Source of the DNA: an uncultured delta proteobacterium
GTDB lineage: Bacteria > Desulfobacterota > Binatia > UBA9968
Length of the DNA: 64,000 nucleotides
Assembly: GCA_963816145.1 (NCBI GenBank)
Contig: CAWFJP010000004.1
Location: forward strand, 1-64,000
Direction of reading: 5' to 3'
How positions within the stretch are numbered: the first letter of the stretch is position 1; each line of letters begins with the position of its first letter. The notes under the pieces are model-generated. The model did not search any database and was not told the origin of the DNA. It worked only from the letters and a program-made list of their open reading frames with translations. This document shows, one piece after another, positions 19,982-29,932 of the stretch. Both the position numbers and the translations under genes were made by a program.

Positions 19982-20068
19982 AGCAGGCGGATTTACCACG
20001 GCGGCATCGCCGCTGTGAGCTGAGCGCCCCACTAATTCGCGCCAAGCCGCGGCTATTGGGTCGCGTTG

Positions 20069-20671
20069 CTACATTGCTTCCTTGCCGATATGCCACAAAT
20101 ACAGCGTGTGATAGTGGATCAACCCACCGAGCTTTTTTTCCGGGTCCGGCAGTTTGACCGTCTTGTCCGGCGCCCAGCCTTCGATGCCGAAGTCGTGGGC
20201 GACGATGCGGGCGCCACGTTTTAAATATTTCTTGAAGCTGGGTTTCATCGCTTCGTTGAACCAGGGGAGCATGTAGAGGGTGACGACGGTGGCCTTCGAG
20301 AGGTCGACTTTCATGGCGTCTTCGGCGCGGAACTCGACCAGGTGGCTGACGCCGGCGGCTTTGGCGTCTTGGCGCGCCTTGGCGAGCAGCAGCCGGTCCA
20401 TCTCGATGCCGACCGCGCGGGCGCCGAATTTTTTCGCGGCGCGGATGACGATCCGGCCGTCACCGCTGCCGAGATCATAGACGACATCGCCTTTTTTGAC
20501 CTCTGCGAGCTCAAGCATCTTATCGACGACTTCGATGGGTGTCGGCACGAAGGGGATTTCTTCGGGGAAGTCGGCGGCGGCGATGGTGATCACCGTCAGC
20601 GATAGAGCGACGGTGGCCCGGATGCCGATCCAATTTCGTCGGGGGATGGTCATTGAGTTATTTTGTTCCAT
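20069..20671 (-). CDS. Class I SAM-dependent methyltransferase with N-terminal signal/TM segment
   Basis: PFVPTP..VYDLGSGDGRIVI..VVTLYM. Confidence 0.85.
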   Translation of the reverse strand: MEQNNSMTIPRRNWIGIRATVALSLTVITIAAADFPEEIPFVPTPIEVVDKMLELAEVKKGDVVYDLGSGDGRIVIRAAKKFGARAVGIEMDRLLLAKARQDAKAAGVSHLVEFRAEDAMKVDLSKATVVTLYMLPWFNEAMKPSFKKYLKRGARIVAHDFGIEGWAPDKTVKLPDPEKKLGGLIHYHTLYLWHIGKEAM

Positions 20672-20861
20672 TCAGAGTTCTCTCGAATCCATTTGACGCA
20701 TGGCGCAAACCTTCGTCCACGGTGGCGGCGCGTGTGGCCCAATAAATTCATTGGGCATAACTACCTGATCGCCCTGTTGGCTGTCAATTTGCCGGCCAAT
20801 TGCTCTCTGCCGAGCCGGCGGCTTGTTTGTCATTCGCGCTGAAATTTGGCTATATGAATGG

Positions 20862-22184
20862 ATGGAAGACAACAAGCCTGGTACTCCCCAGAAACGGCCG
20901 CCGATCTCTTTGCCTTTTTATTATGGCTGGTTCGTCGTGTCGCTCTGTTTCATGACGACGTTGATCAGCGCCGGCGTCCGTTCGTCGCCGTCGGTTTTGA
21001 TCCATCCTCTGGAAAGTGAATTCGGCTGGAGCCGGGCGATGATCGCATCGGCCATCAGCATGAATCTGCTGCTCTTCGGCGTCGCCGGGCCGATTAGCGG
21101 TTATTTGATCGACCGTTTTGGGCCGCGCAAAGTCATGCTCGGCAGTCTGACTTTGTTGACCACCGGTGTTAGCGGGACGGTGGTAATGGACCAGTTCTGG
21201 CAGTTCTTTTTGGTCTGGGGTGTCATTGTCGGTCTGGGCGCCGGCGGTGTCGGTTCGGTCTTGACGGCGACGGTCGGTAACCGCTGGTTCGTCGCCCGGC
21301 GCGGACTCGCTCTCGGTATTCTCGGCAGCGCCAGCTCGACTGGGCAGTTGATCTTTTTGCCGTTCTTCATGTGGATGATCGCCACCTCCGGCTGGCGCAT
21401 CGGCTCGACCACATTGATTATATTCGCGATCATGTTGCTACCGCTGCTGTTTCTCTTCATGCGCGACGATCCGGCGGACGTCGGTTTGGAGCCCTATGGT
21501 GCCGGCCAAGCCAACGTTACCAGCGGCACTGCATCGCTGCGCGGTATGTCCTCCAAAAATGCTACGATTACAGCGCGTGAAGTCGTCACCAGCCCGACGT
21601 TTTGGCTCTTGTGCGGCACATTTTCCGTTTGCGGCGGTACGGCCAACGGACTGATCGGCACTCATTTGATCCCGCACGAAATCGAGATCGGTATCCCGCA
21701 GGTCGCCGCTGCGTCACTGATCGGCATCATGGGTACTGTGAACATCGTCGGCACGACCTTTTCCGGCTGGATGGTCGATAAGGTGTCGCCGCAAAAGTGG
21801 TTGGCGCTGGTGTTCGCACTGCGCGGCGTATCGCTTTTGATCTTGCCGTTCGTTAGGAGCTTCACCGGCCTGGTCATTTTCGCGATTATTTACGGACTGG
21901 ACTGGTTCGCAACGGTGCCGCCGTCGATGGCGATCACCGCCGATACGTTCGGCCGGCAGAACGTCGGCAAAGTCTACGGCTGGATCTTTATGTCCCATCA
22001 GATCGGTGCTGCGATCATGGCGTCGACAGCCGGGGCCGTGCGGGATCATCTAGGCGAGTATAACGCCGCCTTCATGGCGGGCGGGTTTATCGCGATGATC
22101 GCCGCCGGATTGGCGCTACAGATCAAAACCAAGCCCAAAGAAGCGGTGTCGCCGCCGGGGATTGCACAGCCGGCCGGAGCTTGA
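20862..22184 (+). CDS. MFS transporter
   Basis: About 12 hydrophobic segments and the GYLIDRFGPRK MFS motif A. Confidence 0.9.
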   Translation: MEDNKPGTPQKRPPISLPFYYGWFVVSLCFMTTLISAGVRSSPSVLIHPLESEFGWSRAMIASAISMNLLLFGVAGPISGYLIDRFGPRKVMLGSLTLLTTGVSGTVVMDQFWQFFLVWGVIVGLGAGGVGSVLTATVGNRWFVARRGLALGILGSASSTGQLIFLPFFMWMIATSGWRIGSTTLIIFAIMLLPLLFLFMRDDPADVGLEPYGAGQANVTSGTASLRGMSSKNATITAREVVTSPTFWLLCGTFSVCGGTANGLIGTHLIPHEIEIGIPQVAAASLIGIMGTVNIVGTTFSGWMVDKVSPQKWLALVFALRGVSLLILPFVRSFTGLVIFAIIYGLDWFATVPPSMAITADTFGRQNVGKVYGWIFMSHQIGAAIMASTAGAVRDHLGEYNAAFMAGGFIAMIAAGLALQIKTKPKEAVSPPGIAQPAGA

Positions 22185-22258
22185 TGAAAAAAGGATGAAG
22201 TTTGAAGGCGGAAGGCTGATTAAGCGCAATCCTGGAGAATTGAGAGCAGCGCTAGTGT

Positions 22259-22669
22259 TCAATCAGATTCGGTGAAGTTTGACACGCGCCAGCCATTGCC
22301 TTCCTTGCGTGTAGCGATGGACCACTTGCGGGTGAACGACGTGCCGTCTTCGGACTGAATCTTGCCTTCGAACAAATAGGTCGACCGTTGGTCGCCTTCT
22401 TTTTTCTCCAACAGCGTGTAATTCACCCGCGGTTTTTGCGTCGAGGCATCGATGGTCTGCCCGCCGGTCAAACGGATCTCCTCGTCGATCTTGGCCTGGG
22501 CGACGCTCACGGTGTATTGCTTGGCCTTCTGCAAATCGATTTTTACGTAGTGGTGATCGACGAACTCTTCGGCGATGCCCTGCGCGGTGTTCAGATCATT
22601 GCCGCAGGCAGCAGTCAGGAACAAAGCCAGCACGGCAGCCCGAAGCGCAAATATTTGTTTGATTTTCAT
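22259..22669 (-). CDS. Hypothetical lipoprotein
   Basis: MKIKQIFALRAAVLALFLTAAC lipobox, host-like codon usage. Confidence 0.7.
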   Translation of the reverse strand: MKIKQIFALRAAVLALFLTAACGNDLNTAQGIAEEFVDHHYVKIDLQKAKQYTVSVAQAKIDEEIRLTGGQTIDASTQKPRVNYTLLEKKEGDQRSTYLFEGKIQSEDGTSFTRKWSIATRKEGNGWRVSNFTESD

Positions 22670-22710
22670 TAAGATACCTGTTTCTTGCGGGTTTACGGTC
22701 AAAAAATTTT

Positions 22711-22968
22711 CACCACGAAGGACCTAGCGCGGCAGAGCCGCAACCATAGATTCGGAATGTTCACCGCAGAGTACGCAAAGATCGCAGAGGGAAGAAAGAG
22801 TTTTCGGGAAATTATTAACAACATCTCTCTGTCTTTTCCTCTGTGTCCTCTGCGCCCTCTGTGGTACGTCTTCCGAGAATTTGCGCAAGCCGCACAAATT
22901 GTCAGCTATAGTAGTACGAAGAGCGCGAAGTTCGGACTCTGATTATCCGAGCCCTTTGCGCTCTTCGT
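22711..22968. repeat. Nested REP/MITE-like cluster: CACGAAG repeat interrupted by a hairpin-ended element carrying a second REP pair
   Basis: CACCACGAAGGAC | CTAGCGCGGCAGAGCCGCAACC ... CACCGCAGAG..CTCTGTGG ... TTTGCGCAAGCCGCACAAATT..TAGT | ACGAAGAGCGCGAAG ... GCTCTTCGTG. Confidence 0.7.
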
Positions 22969-23029
22969 GATGCACAAACCAAGTTAAACGGCATCGATGA
23001 TCCACCAAAAGCCTGAAGAGCCATGCACT

Positions 23030-23794
23030 TTATCTAACATGTTCGGCGAGCCAATTCAGCGCTTCGCTCATCGCCTGGCGCATGATTAACGGATTCGAAA
23101 AGCGATGGTCGGTAGCTTTGAAGATCGACAACCGCTTGGGGCTGGTTAAACTTTCATGCAGCTCATAGGCTTCGGCAACCGGCACGACCTCATCGGCGTC
23201 GCCGTGGAGGATCAGCACCGGGCAACGGATTCGACGCACCGCCTCAGTTACATTGATACGCTCTAGATCTTTCAGCAGAGAAATATTTAAACGTTGGCCG
23301 TTGTAGGAGGTGTGGCCGCGTTCGCGCCATCGCTGTAATTGTGTAGGCGTGAGCATGCGCTTGGGAAAATTCTCAGGATGTCCCGGGGCCGCCAAGGTGA
23401 CGACGGCGGCGACGCTAGCGACATCGGCTTTTTTGGCGGCGAACAGCAATGCCACGGTGCCGCCCATGCTCGAGCCAAAGATGACGGTCTTGCCGGGCTG
23501 GCGGCTTTGCATGAATTCATAGGCCGCCTGGAGATCTTCGACTTCGCCACTGTAGGTAATGTCGGCGAATTTGCCGCTGGAGTCGCCGACGTAACGGAAG
23601 TCGAAGCGCAGAGCTAAAACTCCGCGCTCGGCGAGCGATTGTGCCAAGAAAATCAATTTTGCACTGTTTTTCGCCGACTCCATGCCGTGGCAGAGGATCG
23701 CCGTGCCATGTGTCACATTACCGGCAGCGTGATGCAACACGCCGCTCAAGGTATCGCCGGAGCGAGTCGTGAACGAAGTGGTTTCCTGGTCCAT
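23030..23794 (-). CDS. Alpha/beta hydrolase
   Basis: LCHGMES, LRFDF, GSSMGG nucleophile, HGDADEVV and DHRF motifs. Confidence 0.88.
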   Translation of the reverse strand: MDQETTSFTTRSGDTLSGVLHHAAGNVTHGTAILCHGMESAKNSAKLIFLAQSLAERGVLALRFDFRYVGDSSGKFADITYSGEVEDLQAAYEFMQSRQPGKTVIFGSSMGGTVALLFAAKKADVASVAAVVTLAAPGHPENFPKRMLTPTQLQRWRERGHTSYNGQRLNISLLKDLERINVTEAVRRIRCPVLILHGDADEVVPVAEAYELHESLTSPKRLSIFKATDHRFSNPLIMRQAMSEALNWLAEHVR

Positions 23795-23917
23795 ACGATC
23801 GTGTGAACCGCGCCCATGGCGCTCATCAAATAGCATAACGGAAAACCGCCGGAATGCCACTTTTGGCTTGGAGATGAGATGGGAAGTTAGACGAAAGAGT
23901 TGTTGACTACTTACAGC

Positions 23918-25615
23918 TCATGCCCTGAAGATCTCTCCCATGCGCCGGCCAAAAAAACGACCGGCGATGAAAAGACTTCCGGACAAAAGTAACAGGCCTA
24001 GCATGCCCATCGCGCTGGCGATATACGGCCCATCTGCGATGCGCCCCAACAGCGCATAAATGGCTTTCGTTATGGGGTAATTCGCTTCTTTCGAAGCAAG
24101 GATGAGACTGTCGCTTACCTCGAGCATCGCAAACGAAAACGCCAACACCGCGCCGGCAATTAAGTTGGCAAATATCAAAGGCATGGTAATTTGAAAAAGC
24201 GTTTTCATCGGACTCGCGCCCAGGTTGATCGACGCTTCTTCGAGCGCGACGCTGGTTTGCTGGAAGCCCGCATAGGCAGCCCGCACCATGTAGGGCAGGC
24301 GCCGAACCGCGTAAGCGATAACGAGTAGGGGAACGGGATTAATTCGAGGGTCAAGCGGCGTCGCCGAAAAAGCCGCGACATAGCCAAAGGCCAAAACCAG
24401 ACCAGGAAGGGCCAAAGGAAGCATGGCGAGGGCATCGAGAACCCCGCGACCGGGCACTCGCTTGCGCGCAAGCAGGTAAGCGATGGTAACGCCGAGAATG
24501 ATGTCGAAGAGGGTGCTCACGCTGCTGAGCATGAGGCTGTTTTTAATGCTCAGGACTGTCAGATCGTGGCTGAAAACATCTTGATAAAATTTAAGCGTGT
24601 ACTCGGTGGGTAGAACGCTTAAAAACCAGCGCTTAGTCAGGGAAGTCAGCAAAACGCCGGTGTGCGGAATCAGGGCGAGCGCCGATATGCTCAGGACAAC
24701 GGAATACGCGATAACGGTCATACCGGGCGATGCCGGGCGCGCCAGGGAAGTGACATGACCGCGGCCGAGCATCTCGTAATTCCCGCCGCCGAGGATCCGT
24801 TTGGACAAATAAAAGAAAAAAAGCGTAAGCGCGATGACCACCACGACGAAAGCGTAGCCCATTGGATTTTGATGCAGGTCGGTCACCATGTTGAAAATCT
24901 GCACGGCAATCACGTCGCGATACTCAAATACCAGCGGCGTGCCGAGGTCGGTGAAGGCCCAAATAAATACGATGATCGCCCCGGCAAAATAACCGGGAAG
25001 CACCAAGGGAAAGGTAACCGTGCGGAAAAGTTTGAAACCATTCGCTCCCAGATTTCTTGCCGCTTCCTCGAGACTGGGGTCGACGTTCGCCAGCGCGGCC
25101 GCCAGATTCAAATACAGGATCGGGTAAAGGTGCAGCGACTCGAGGATCACCACACCCCAAAAACTGCCGCCGCCGAGCCAGTCGATGGGTTGGTCGATTA
25201 TCCCTAACTGCAGCAGCAACAAGTTGACGGATCCGAAACGCGCCAGCAACTGACGCATGCCGATGGCGCCAACGAACGGCGGAAGCACTATCGGAACTAA
25301 AATGAGACCGTTCAACAGACCCTTGCCGGGAAAATTGTAACGCACGAGAAAAAAGGCGAGGGGAAGACTAAGCAGGGTCGCAAACAGCGTCACCGCTAGA
25401 CCCAGATTAACGCTGTTGGCTAGAATGATCGTGTAGTTCGGGCTTGAAAACATCAGCCTGATAAAAGCCAGCGAAAAACCGTCCGGTGTGAAGAACGCGT
25501 TGGAGAACACATGACCGAGCGGATAAATCATGAAGGCCAAGAAAAACAGCCAGAGCGAGATGAGCACCGCGCCGGTGGCGGGGTTCAAATCATAGCGCCG
25601 CAACCAGTTAGTCAC
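23918..25615 (-). CDS. Fe3+/thiamine-type ABC transporter permease (two BPD_transp_1 modules)
   Basis: Two EAA motifs (LEEAARNLGA, LEEASINLGA). GTG start at 25615 after GGAGG. Confidence 0.88.
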   Translation of the reverse strand: MTNWLRRYDLNPATGAVLISLWLFFLAFMIYPLGHVFSNAFFTPDGFSLAFIRLMFSSPNYTIILANSVNLGLAVTLFATLLSLPLAFFLVRYNFPGKGLLNGLILVPIVLPPFVGAIGMRQLLARFGSVNLLLLQLGIIDQPIDWLGGGSFWGVVILESLHLYPILYLNLAAALANVDPSLEEAARNLGANGFKLFRTVTFPLVLPGYFAGAIIVFIWAFTDLGTPLVFEYRDVIAVQIFNMVTDLHQNPMGYAFVVVVIALTLFFFYLSKRILGGGNYEMLGRGHVTSLARPASPGMTVIAYSVVLSISALALIPHTGVLLTSLTKRWFLSVLPTEYTLKFYQDVFSHDLTVLSIKNSLMLSSVSTLFDIILGVTIAYLLARKRVPGRGVLDALAMLPLALPGLVLAFGYVAAFSATPLDPRINPVPLLVIAYAVRRLPYMVRAAYAGFQQTSVALEEASINLGASPMKTLFQITMPLIFANLIAGAVLAFSFAMLEVSDSLILASKEANYPITKAIYALLGRIADGPYIASAMGMLGLLLLSGSLFIAGRFFGRRMGEIFRA

Positions 25616-26714
25616 CCAAGTCCTCCTGGGGCAAGACGACCACGGCTTGGGCGTCGAACTGAAGCGCGAGGCGATCACCCACGCTGGCTTTGCTGGTCGT
25701 CGGATTATGCTCCACAGCGCGCATAATGGTGTTGTCCGCCAGGGTTAAAGAGTACTCTTCGTTGTCGCCCAGGTACATGACGCTCCGGACTTCAGCCGAC
25801 AACTGGTTGATAGCGCCGTCCTGCGCCGCCGCGCAGGGCGCCGCCGCGGTCATTAAACGCAGCGATTCCGGCCGCACCGAGCAAAAAACCGGCGCGCCGC
25901 GCACCAGCCCGTTGACACCGTTTTTCGCACGCACCAAGCCTGCGTGAGTTCTAACCGCTAAAAATTCTCCCACTTCTTCCAGCGTTCCGCGCAGTAAGTT
26001 GGTGCCGCCGATGAACTGAGCGACGAAGGCGGATTCCGGCTGCGTGTAGAGTTGGCGCGGGGTGCCCGCTTGAACCAGCTGACCACGGCGCATCACCGCG
26101 ATGCGATCCGCCATGGACAAAGCTTCGGCTTGGTCATGGGTGACATAGATCATCGTGCGGCCGATCTTGCGATGAATGTCTTTGATTTGCGTGCGCATCT
26201 CGATTCTTAATTTGGCATCGAGATTCGACAGCGGCTCATCGAGCAAGACGACATCTGGCTCGATGACTAACGCGCGGGCGAGAGCGACGCGTTGTTGTTG
26301 GCCGCCGGAGAGTTGATTCGGCATGCGCTTGGCGTAGGCCTGCATCTGGACAATTTCAAGGGCATGCCGAACCCGCTGCTGTTTTTCACCCTCCGATACC
26401 CGGCGCATTTTGAGACCGTAGGCGACGTTGTCCTGGACATCCATATGGGGCCATAGCGCGTAGTTTTGAAAAACCATTCCGGTATTCCGCTTGTGCGGCG
26501 GCACATGGCTCTGGTCTGTGTCGTTAAACAGAATGCGGCCCTCCTCCGGGGTGTAGAAGCCGGCGATCAAACGCAGCGCCGTGGTTTTGCCGCAGCCTGA
26601 TGGCCCCAATAAAAAGAACAGTTCTCCCGCTGCAATCTCCAAGCTTAGCTTGTCTACAGCTTGCGACCGGCCGAGGGTTTTGGCAACAGATTCAAGTTTA
26701 ACGCTAACCGTCAT
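25608..26714 (-). CDS. ABC transporter ATP-binding protein (FbpC/PotA type)
   Basis: GPSGCGKT, LSGGQQQR, LLDEPLSNLD, C-terminal TOBE-like region. Confidence 0.93.
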   Translation of the reverse strand: MTVSVKLESVAKTLGRSQAVDKLSLEIAAGELFFLLGPSGCGKTTALRLIAGFYTPEEGRILFNDTDQSHVPPHKRNTGMVFQNYALWPHMDVQDNVAYGLKMRRVSEGEKQQRVRHALEIVQMQAYAKRMPNQLSGGQQQRVALARALVIEPDVVLLDEPLSNLDAKLRIEMRTQIKDIHRKIGRTMIYVTHDQAEALSMADRIAVMRRGQLVQAGTPRQLYTQPESAFVAQFIGGTNLLRGTLEEVGEFLAVRTHAGLVRAKNGVNGLVRGAPVFCSVRPESLRLMTAAAPCAAAQDGAINQLSAEVRSVMYLGDNEEYSLTLADNTIMRAVEHNPTTSKASVGDRLALQFDAQAVVVLPQEDLGD

Positions 26715-26727
26715 CGGTCACGCCACC

Positions 26728-28167
26728 TCAATTCCTTTTTTTTCGCCCGTAGGCGACCAAGCCGAGGGAGAGAAACGCAAAGGCGAACAGGCTGTACCAT
26801 TCCGAGCGTATGATCGGCGGAGTGACATTTGACAGATATTTGCGCCGAGCGAAGTGAATCCACTCGTCGAGTTTTTGATTGCGGAACTCAGCATTTTTCC
26901 ATTTCGTCTTAGCGAGGGTTAACGCCTCGTCGGCAGAGATCGGTACAGCTGCCAGCCTCTGCCACTCCTGGTCGCTCAAGCCGCCCTTATCCAAGGCCTG
27001 TTTCCATGCACGGGTCAGAAGATGCTTTTGGTCGATCACCAAGGCGCCCATCAAGTCGTTGACGATCGACCAACGCTCGGCGCCCAATTTGGCGTCAAAG
27101 GCAAAGTCCGACCGCCAAGAGAAGGGATTGAGTTTTACTGCCGTTGACTGGGGCGCTTCATAGAGAGACGGCAACACGCTGAAGCGGTTGAGTTGGTAGC
27201 GCTGCGGGCCGCCGGGAGCTTTTTCGACTAACAGCCAGAGGTTTTGCCCTTGCTCGGACATGACGAAGCGAATGAAAGCTTTGGCGACATCGGGGCTCGG
27301 CGCGGCTTTTAGAATTGCGATGGCGTCCGGCGTAATGATCGTGAGATTATCAGGCATGACAAAGCCGATCTTGTCGGCCCCGGTTTCCTTGACCTGAGCC
27401 CAAGCGTAAAAATCGACGGCCAAGCCATAGGCGACTTCGCCGATGGCTACGTCTTTGGGAATTTGACTCGCCGAATTGGTGAAGCTGCGCACATTAGCGC
27501 CAAGGCCGGTGATGATCTTCCAGCCTTTCTCCCAGCCATAAGCTTGCAGAATAATCTCGTAAACCATGTGCACGCTGCCGCTTTTGCGCGGATCGGAAGA
27601 GCCGACCCAGCCGAATGCTCGGGGCGATGCCAAATCCTCCCATGTGTTGATGACCGGTAATTTTGTCATGCTCAAAACGACCTTATTATAGACGATGCCA
27701 AAGCCCGCCAATGTGGCGCCATACCAGGTGTGCCCTGGATCATAGAGCGGAACACCGGCCAGCTGCGGAGGAATTTTTTCCAGCATCGCTTTGGGTAAAA
27801 TATAGGGTTCCAGCAGATGAGATTTCTTTAATGCCAGATAAGGGTCATATCCTCCGCCAAAAAAGACATCGATGCCGATGCCGTTAGGCTTGTTTTGGTA
27901 TTCGGACTCGATATAGCGGAGCGTTTCCGACGTGCCGCCAACGTCGATCCAGTCGAGCTCCACAGTTCGTCCCGTGTCGCGTTGATAGTGTGCCTTAAAG
28001 CCGCGTTCGAACTCATATCGAATCCCCTCCCAATGAGGCGAGATCAACACAAGCTTGTCGGCTAAAACGATGGCGGGGGAAGTGTAGATGAGCAAAAATG
28101 CCAGTAGGAGAGCGGGGCGAAAAATTCGCCGTTCGATTGTGAACCGGTGGTGAGGCGCTCTATTCAT
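26728..28167 (-). CDS. ABC transporter substrate-binding protein (AfuA/FbpA-like) with C-terminal TM helix
   Basis: Signal peptide, IDVFFGGG, DPRKSGS, PDAIAILK..AKAFIRFVMSEQGQ. Start uncertain. Confidence 0.85.
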   Translation of the reverse strand: MNRAPHHRFTIERRIFRPALLLAFLLIYTSPAIVLADKLVLISPHWEGIRYEFERGFKAHYQRDTGRTVELDWIDVGGTSETLRYIESEYQNKPNGIGIDVFFGGGYDPYLALKKSHLLEPYILPKAMLEKIPPQLAGVPLYDPGHTWYGATLAGFGIVYNKVVLSMTKLPVINTWEDLASPRAFGWVGSSDPRKSGSVHMVYEIILQAYGWEKGWKIITGLGANVRSFTNSASQIPKDVAIGEVAYGLAVDFYAWAQVKETGADKIGFVMPDNLTIITPDAIAILKAAPSPDVAKAFIRFVMSEQGQNLWLLVEKAPGGPQRYQLNRFSVLPSLYEAPQSTAVKLNPFSWRSDFAFDAKLGAERWSIVNDLMGALVIDQKHLLTRAWKQALDKGGLSDQEWQRLAAVPISADEALTLAKTKWKNAEFRNQKLDEWIHFARRKYLSNVTPPIIRSEWYSLFAFAFLSLGLVAYGRKKRN

Positions 28168-28689
28168 GTGACAACCGCGATTCGCGCGAGTATGAACCGG
28201 CGCAGGAAATGGTCTCGTCAAAGAAGCTCACCAATCCCAACTGCGCGGCGGTTTCCGCGTTCAGAGTTTCCTTCTCTGCGCGCCGGCTCGTTGCCGGATG
28301 CGACGGCGGCGGCAACGTCAAGCTCAATTGCTGTCGCGGACCGGCATGGTCCGGTGATCCACCGCCTTCGATGCAGCCGTTCTACTTGGCTTGGTGTGCT
28401 TGCCCAGATTCGGTTTGGCAGTTGAAGATGGGAAAAACGGTTGAGCAGTCTATAGCCGACTTTACCGGATGGGGTCAAGTAGGAATTAGGTAAGAATTAG
28501 GTAAACTTCAGGTTGGTTTTAGAGCAGCGCCAAGTGAATCAAAGACCAATGGCAACATTTGAGCGCTATTCGCGCTATCACGACCGTCTTCGACTTCAGC
28601 GGTTGGGCTATAAGCGACGAGGGTGAAGGTTTAACACCGAAGCGCGTGACCGAGTCGACTGTCGACGTTCAATTGGGAGAGCAACAACT

Positions 28690-29739
28690 TTAACGGGACC
28701 CACTCGGCGCAGCGACTACGCGCGCCAATTCGTCGTCGATGATGCGCGCGAAAGCCTCCAAGGGTTGCTCGCCGGAAACCAACCGGCCGTTGATGAAGAA
28801 TGCGGGAGTCCCCGTTACGCCTAGGCGATTCCCTTCGTCGATGTCTTTCTTGACGGTGGCCTGGTACTTGCGGCTGTCGAAACAGGTCTCAAAGCCGGTC
28901 ATGTCCAGCCCTACTTCCTTGGCCAATCCCTTAAAGACCTCCGGACTGGAACTGGGCGGATTGGCAAAGAGCCTGTCGTGATACGGCCAAAATTTTCCCG
29001 GCTCGTTGGCGCAGCGCGCCGCCTCGTGGGCTTTGGTCGCTCCCGGGTGCAGCTTTTCGATTGGGAAATCACGGAAGACCAACCTGATTTTATCGCCGTA
29101 GCGCGCCTCGAGTTGCGCCAGCGTGGATATAACCTGGCGGCAAAAGGGGCAGTGAAAGTCGGAAAATTCGACGATGGTCACCGCCGCCTTCTCGCTCCCT
29201 TTGAACGGCGCCCCTTGGACCGACACTTCGATGCGCTGGATCGGCGGCGCCTTGAGATTGACCACCACCTTCGCTTGCGCGCGCAGCGATCTGAGAAACT
29301 CTTCGCGCTTGACCACCAACTTTTGGTTTTGTAAGTAAGCTCTGATCCGCTCCCGAACCTGCGCCTGCTCTCCTTTGATTTGCGCTTTATTTTCCTGGTA
29401 GAAGTTTTCGAGTTCCTGCTCGGTGACTAGGCCGACTTTGGCCGTCACCTCGGCGTCAAGCAGCGCAGGCACCGTAAGCTTGCGTTTGGCCGCTTCCCTT
29501 TCCAAAAGCTTCTCAGTGATCAGCGCGTCGAGCTTCTGTCGCTTTAGATTATAGATCTGCTCTTCAAGCTTGCTTAACTGCCCCGCCAGACTCTTTTCGA
29601 CCTCCTCGGTGCCAATCGTCACCCCGTCGACTACGGCCAGCGGTTCGTCGGCCGCATGAGCCGTGAATGGGAATCCGAGCCCTGCCAATAACAGTAAAAT
29701 ACAAAGAGTCGTCATGGGAGATAATCCTCTCTTACCCAT
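28690..29739 (-). CDS. DsbA-family thioredoxin-fold oxidoreductase with SurA-N-like domain
   Basis: Signal peptide, EFSDFHCPFC, GVTGTPAFFING. Confidence 0.9.
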   Translation of the reverse strand: MGKRGLSPMTTLCILLLLAGLGFPFTAHAADEPLAVVDGVTIGTEEVEKSLAGQLSKLEEQIYNLKRQKLDALITEKLLEREAAKRKLTVPALLDAEVTAKVGLVTEQELENFYQENKAQIKGEQAQVRERIRAYLQNQKLVVKREEFLRSLRAQAKVVVNLKAPPIQRIEVSVQGAPFKGSEKAAVTIVEFSDFHCPFCRQVISTLAQLEARYGDKIRLVFRDFPIEKLHPGATKAHEAARCANEPGKFWPYHDRLFANPPSSSPEVFKGLAKEVGLDMTGFETCFDSRKYQATVKKDIDEGNRLGVTGTPAFFINGRLVSGEQPLEAFARIIDDELARVVAAPSGSR

Positions 29740-29780
29740 GTTTTTATCGGCTAATCGTTACACGTCGGGTTTGAATCCGC

Positions 29781-29820
29781 AATACGAAAACGGCAGAGCG
29801 GGTTGATCCCTCTCTGCCGT
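29781..29820 (-). terminator. Intrinsic terminator-like hairpin just upstream of dsbA
   Basis: ACGGCAGAG(C)GGG-loop-CCC(T)CTCTGCCGT, followed on the minus strand by TTTCGTATT. Confidence 0.5.
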
Positions 29821-29932
29821 CGAAGCGCACCGCCAACTTTCACTTCCTGCGATAACAGCAGGCCGTCAGGAGAGCAGCCTTCGGGAGAAAATGCGCCTGA
29901 CTTTCTTCCCTTCCAATGATTGACACATCACC

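Noticed and set aside
28209-28493. Short overlapping ORFs upstream of the ABC operon
   Set aside because: No recognisable motif or RBS, and no riboswitch consensus that I could identify.
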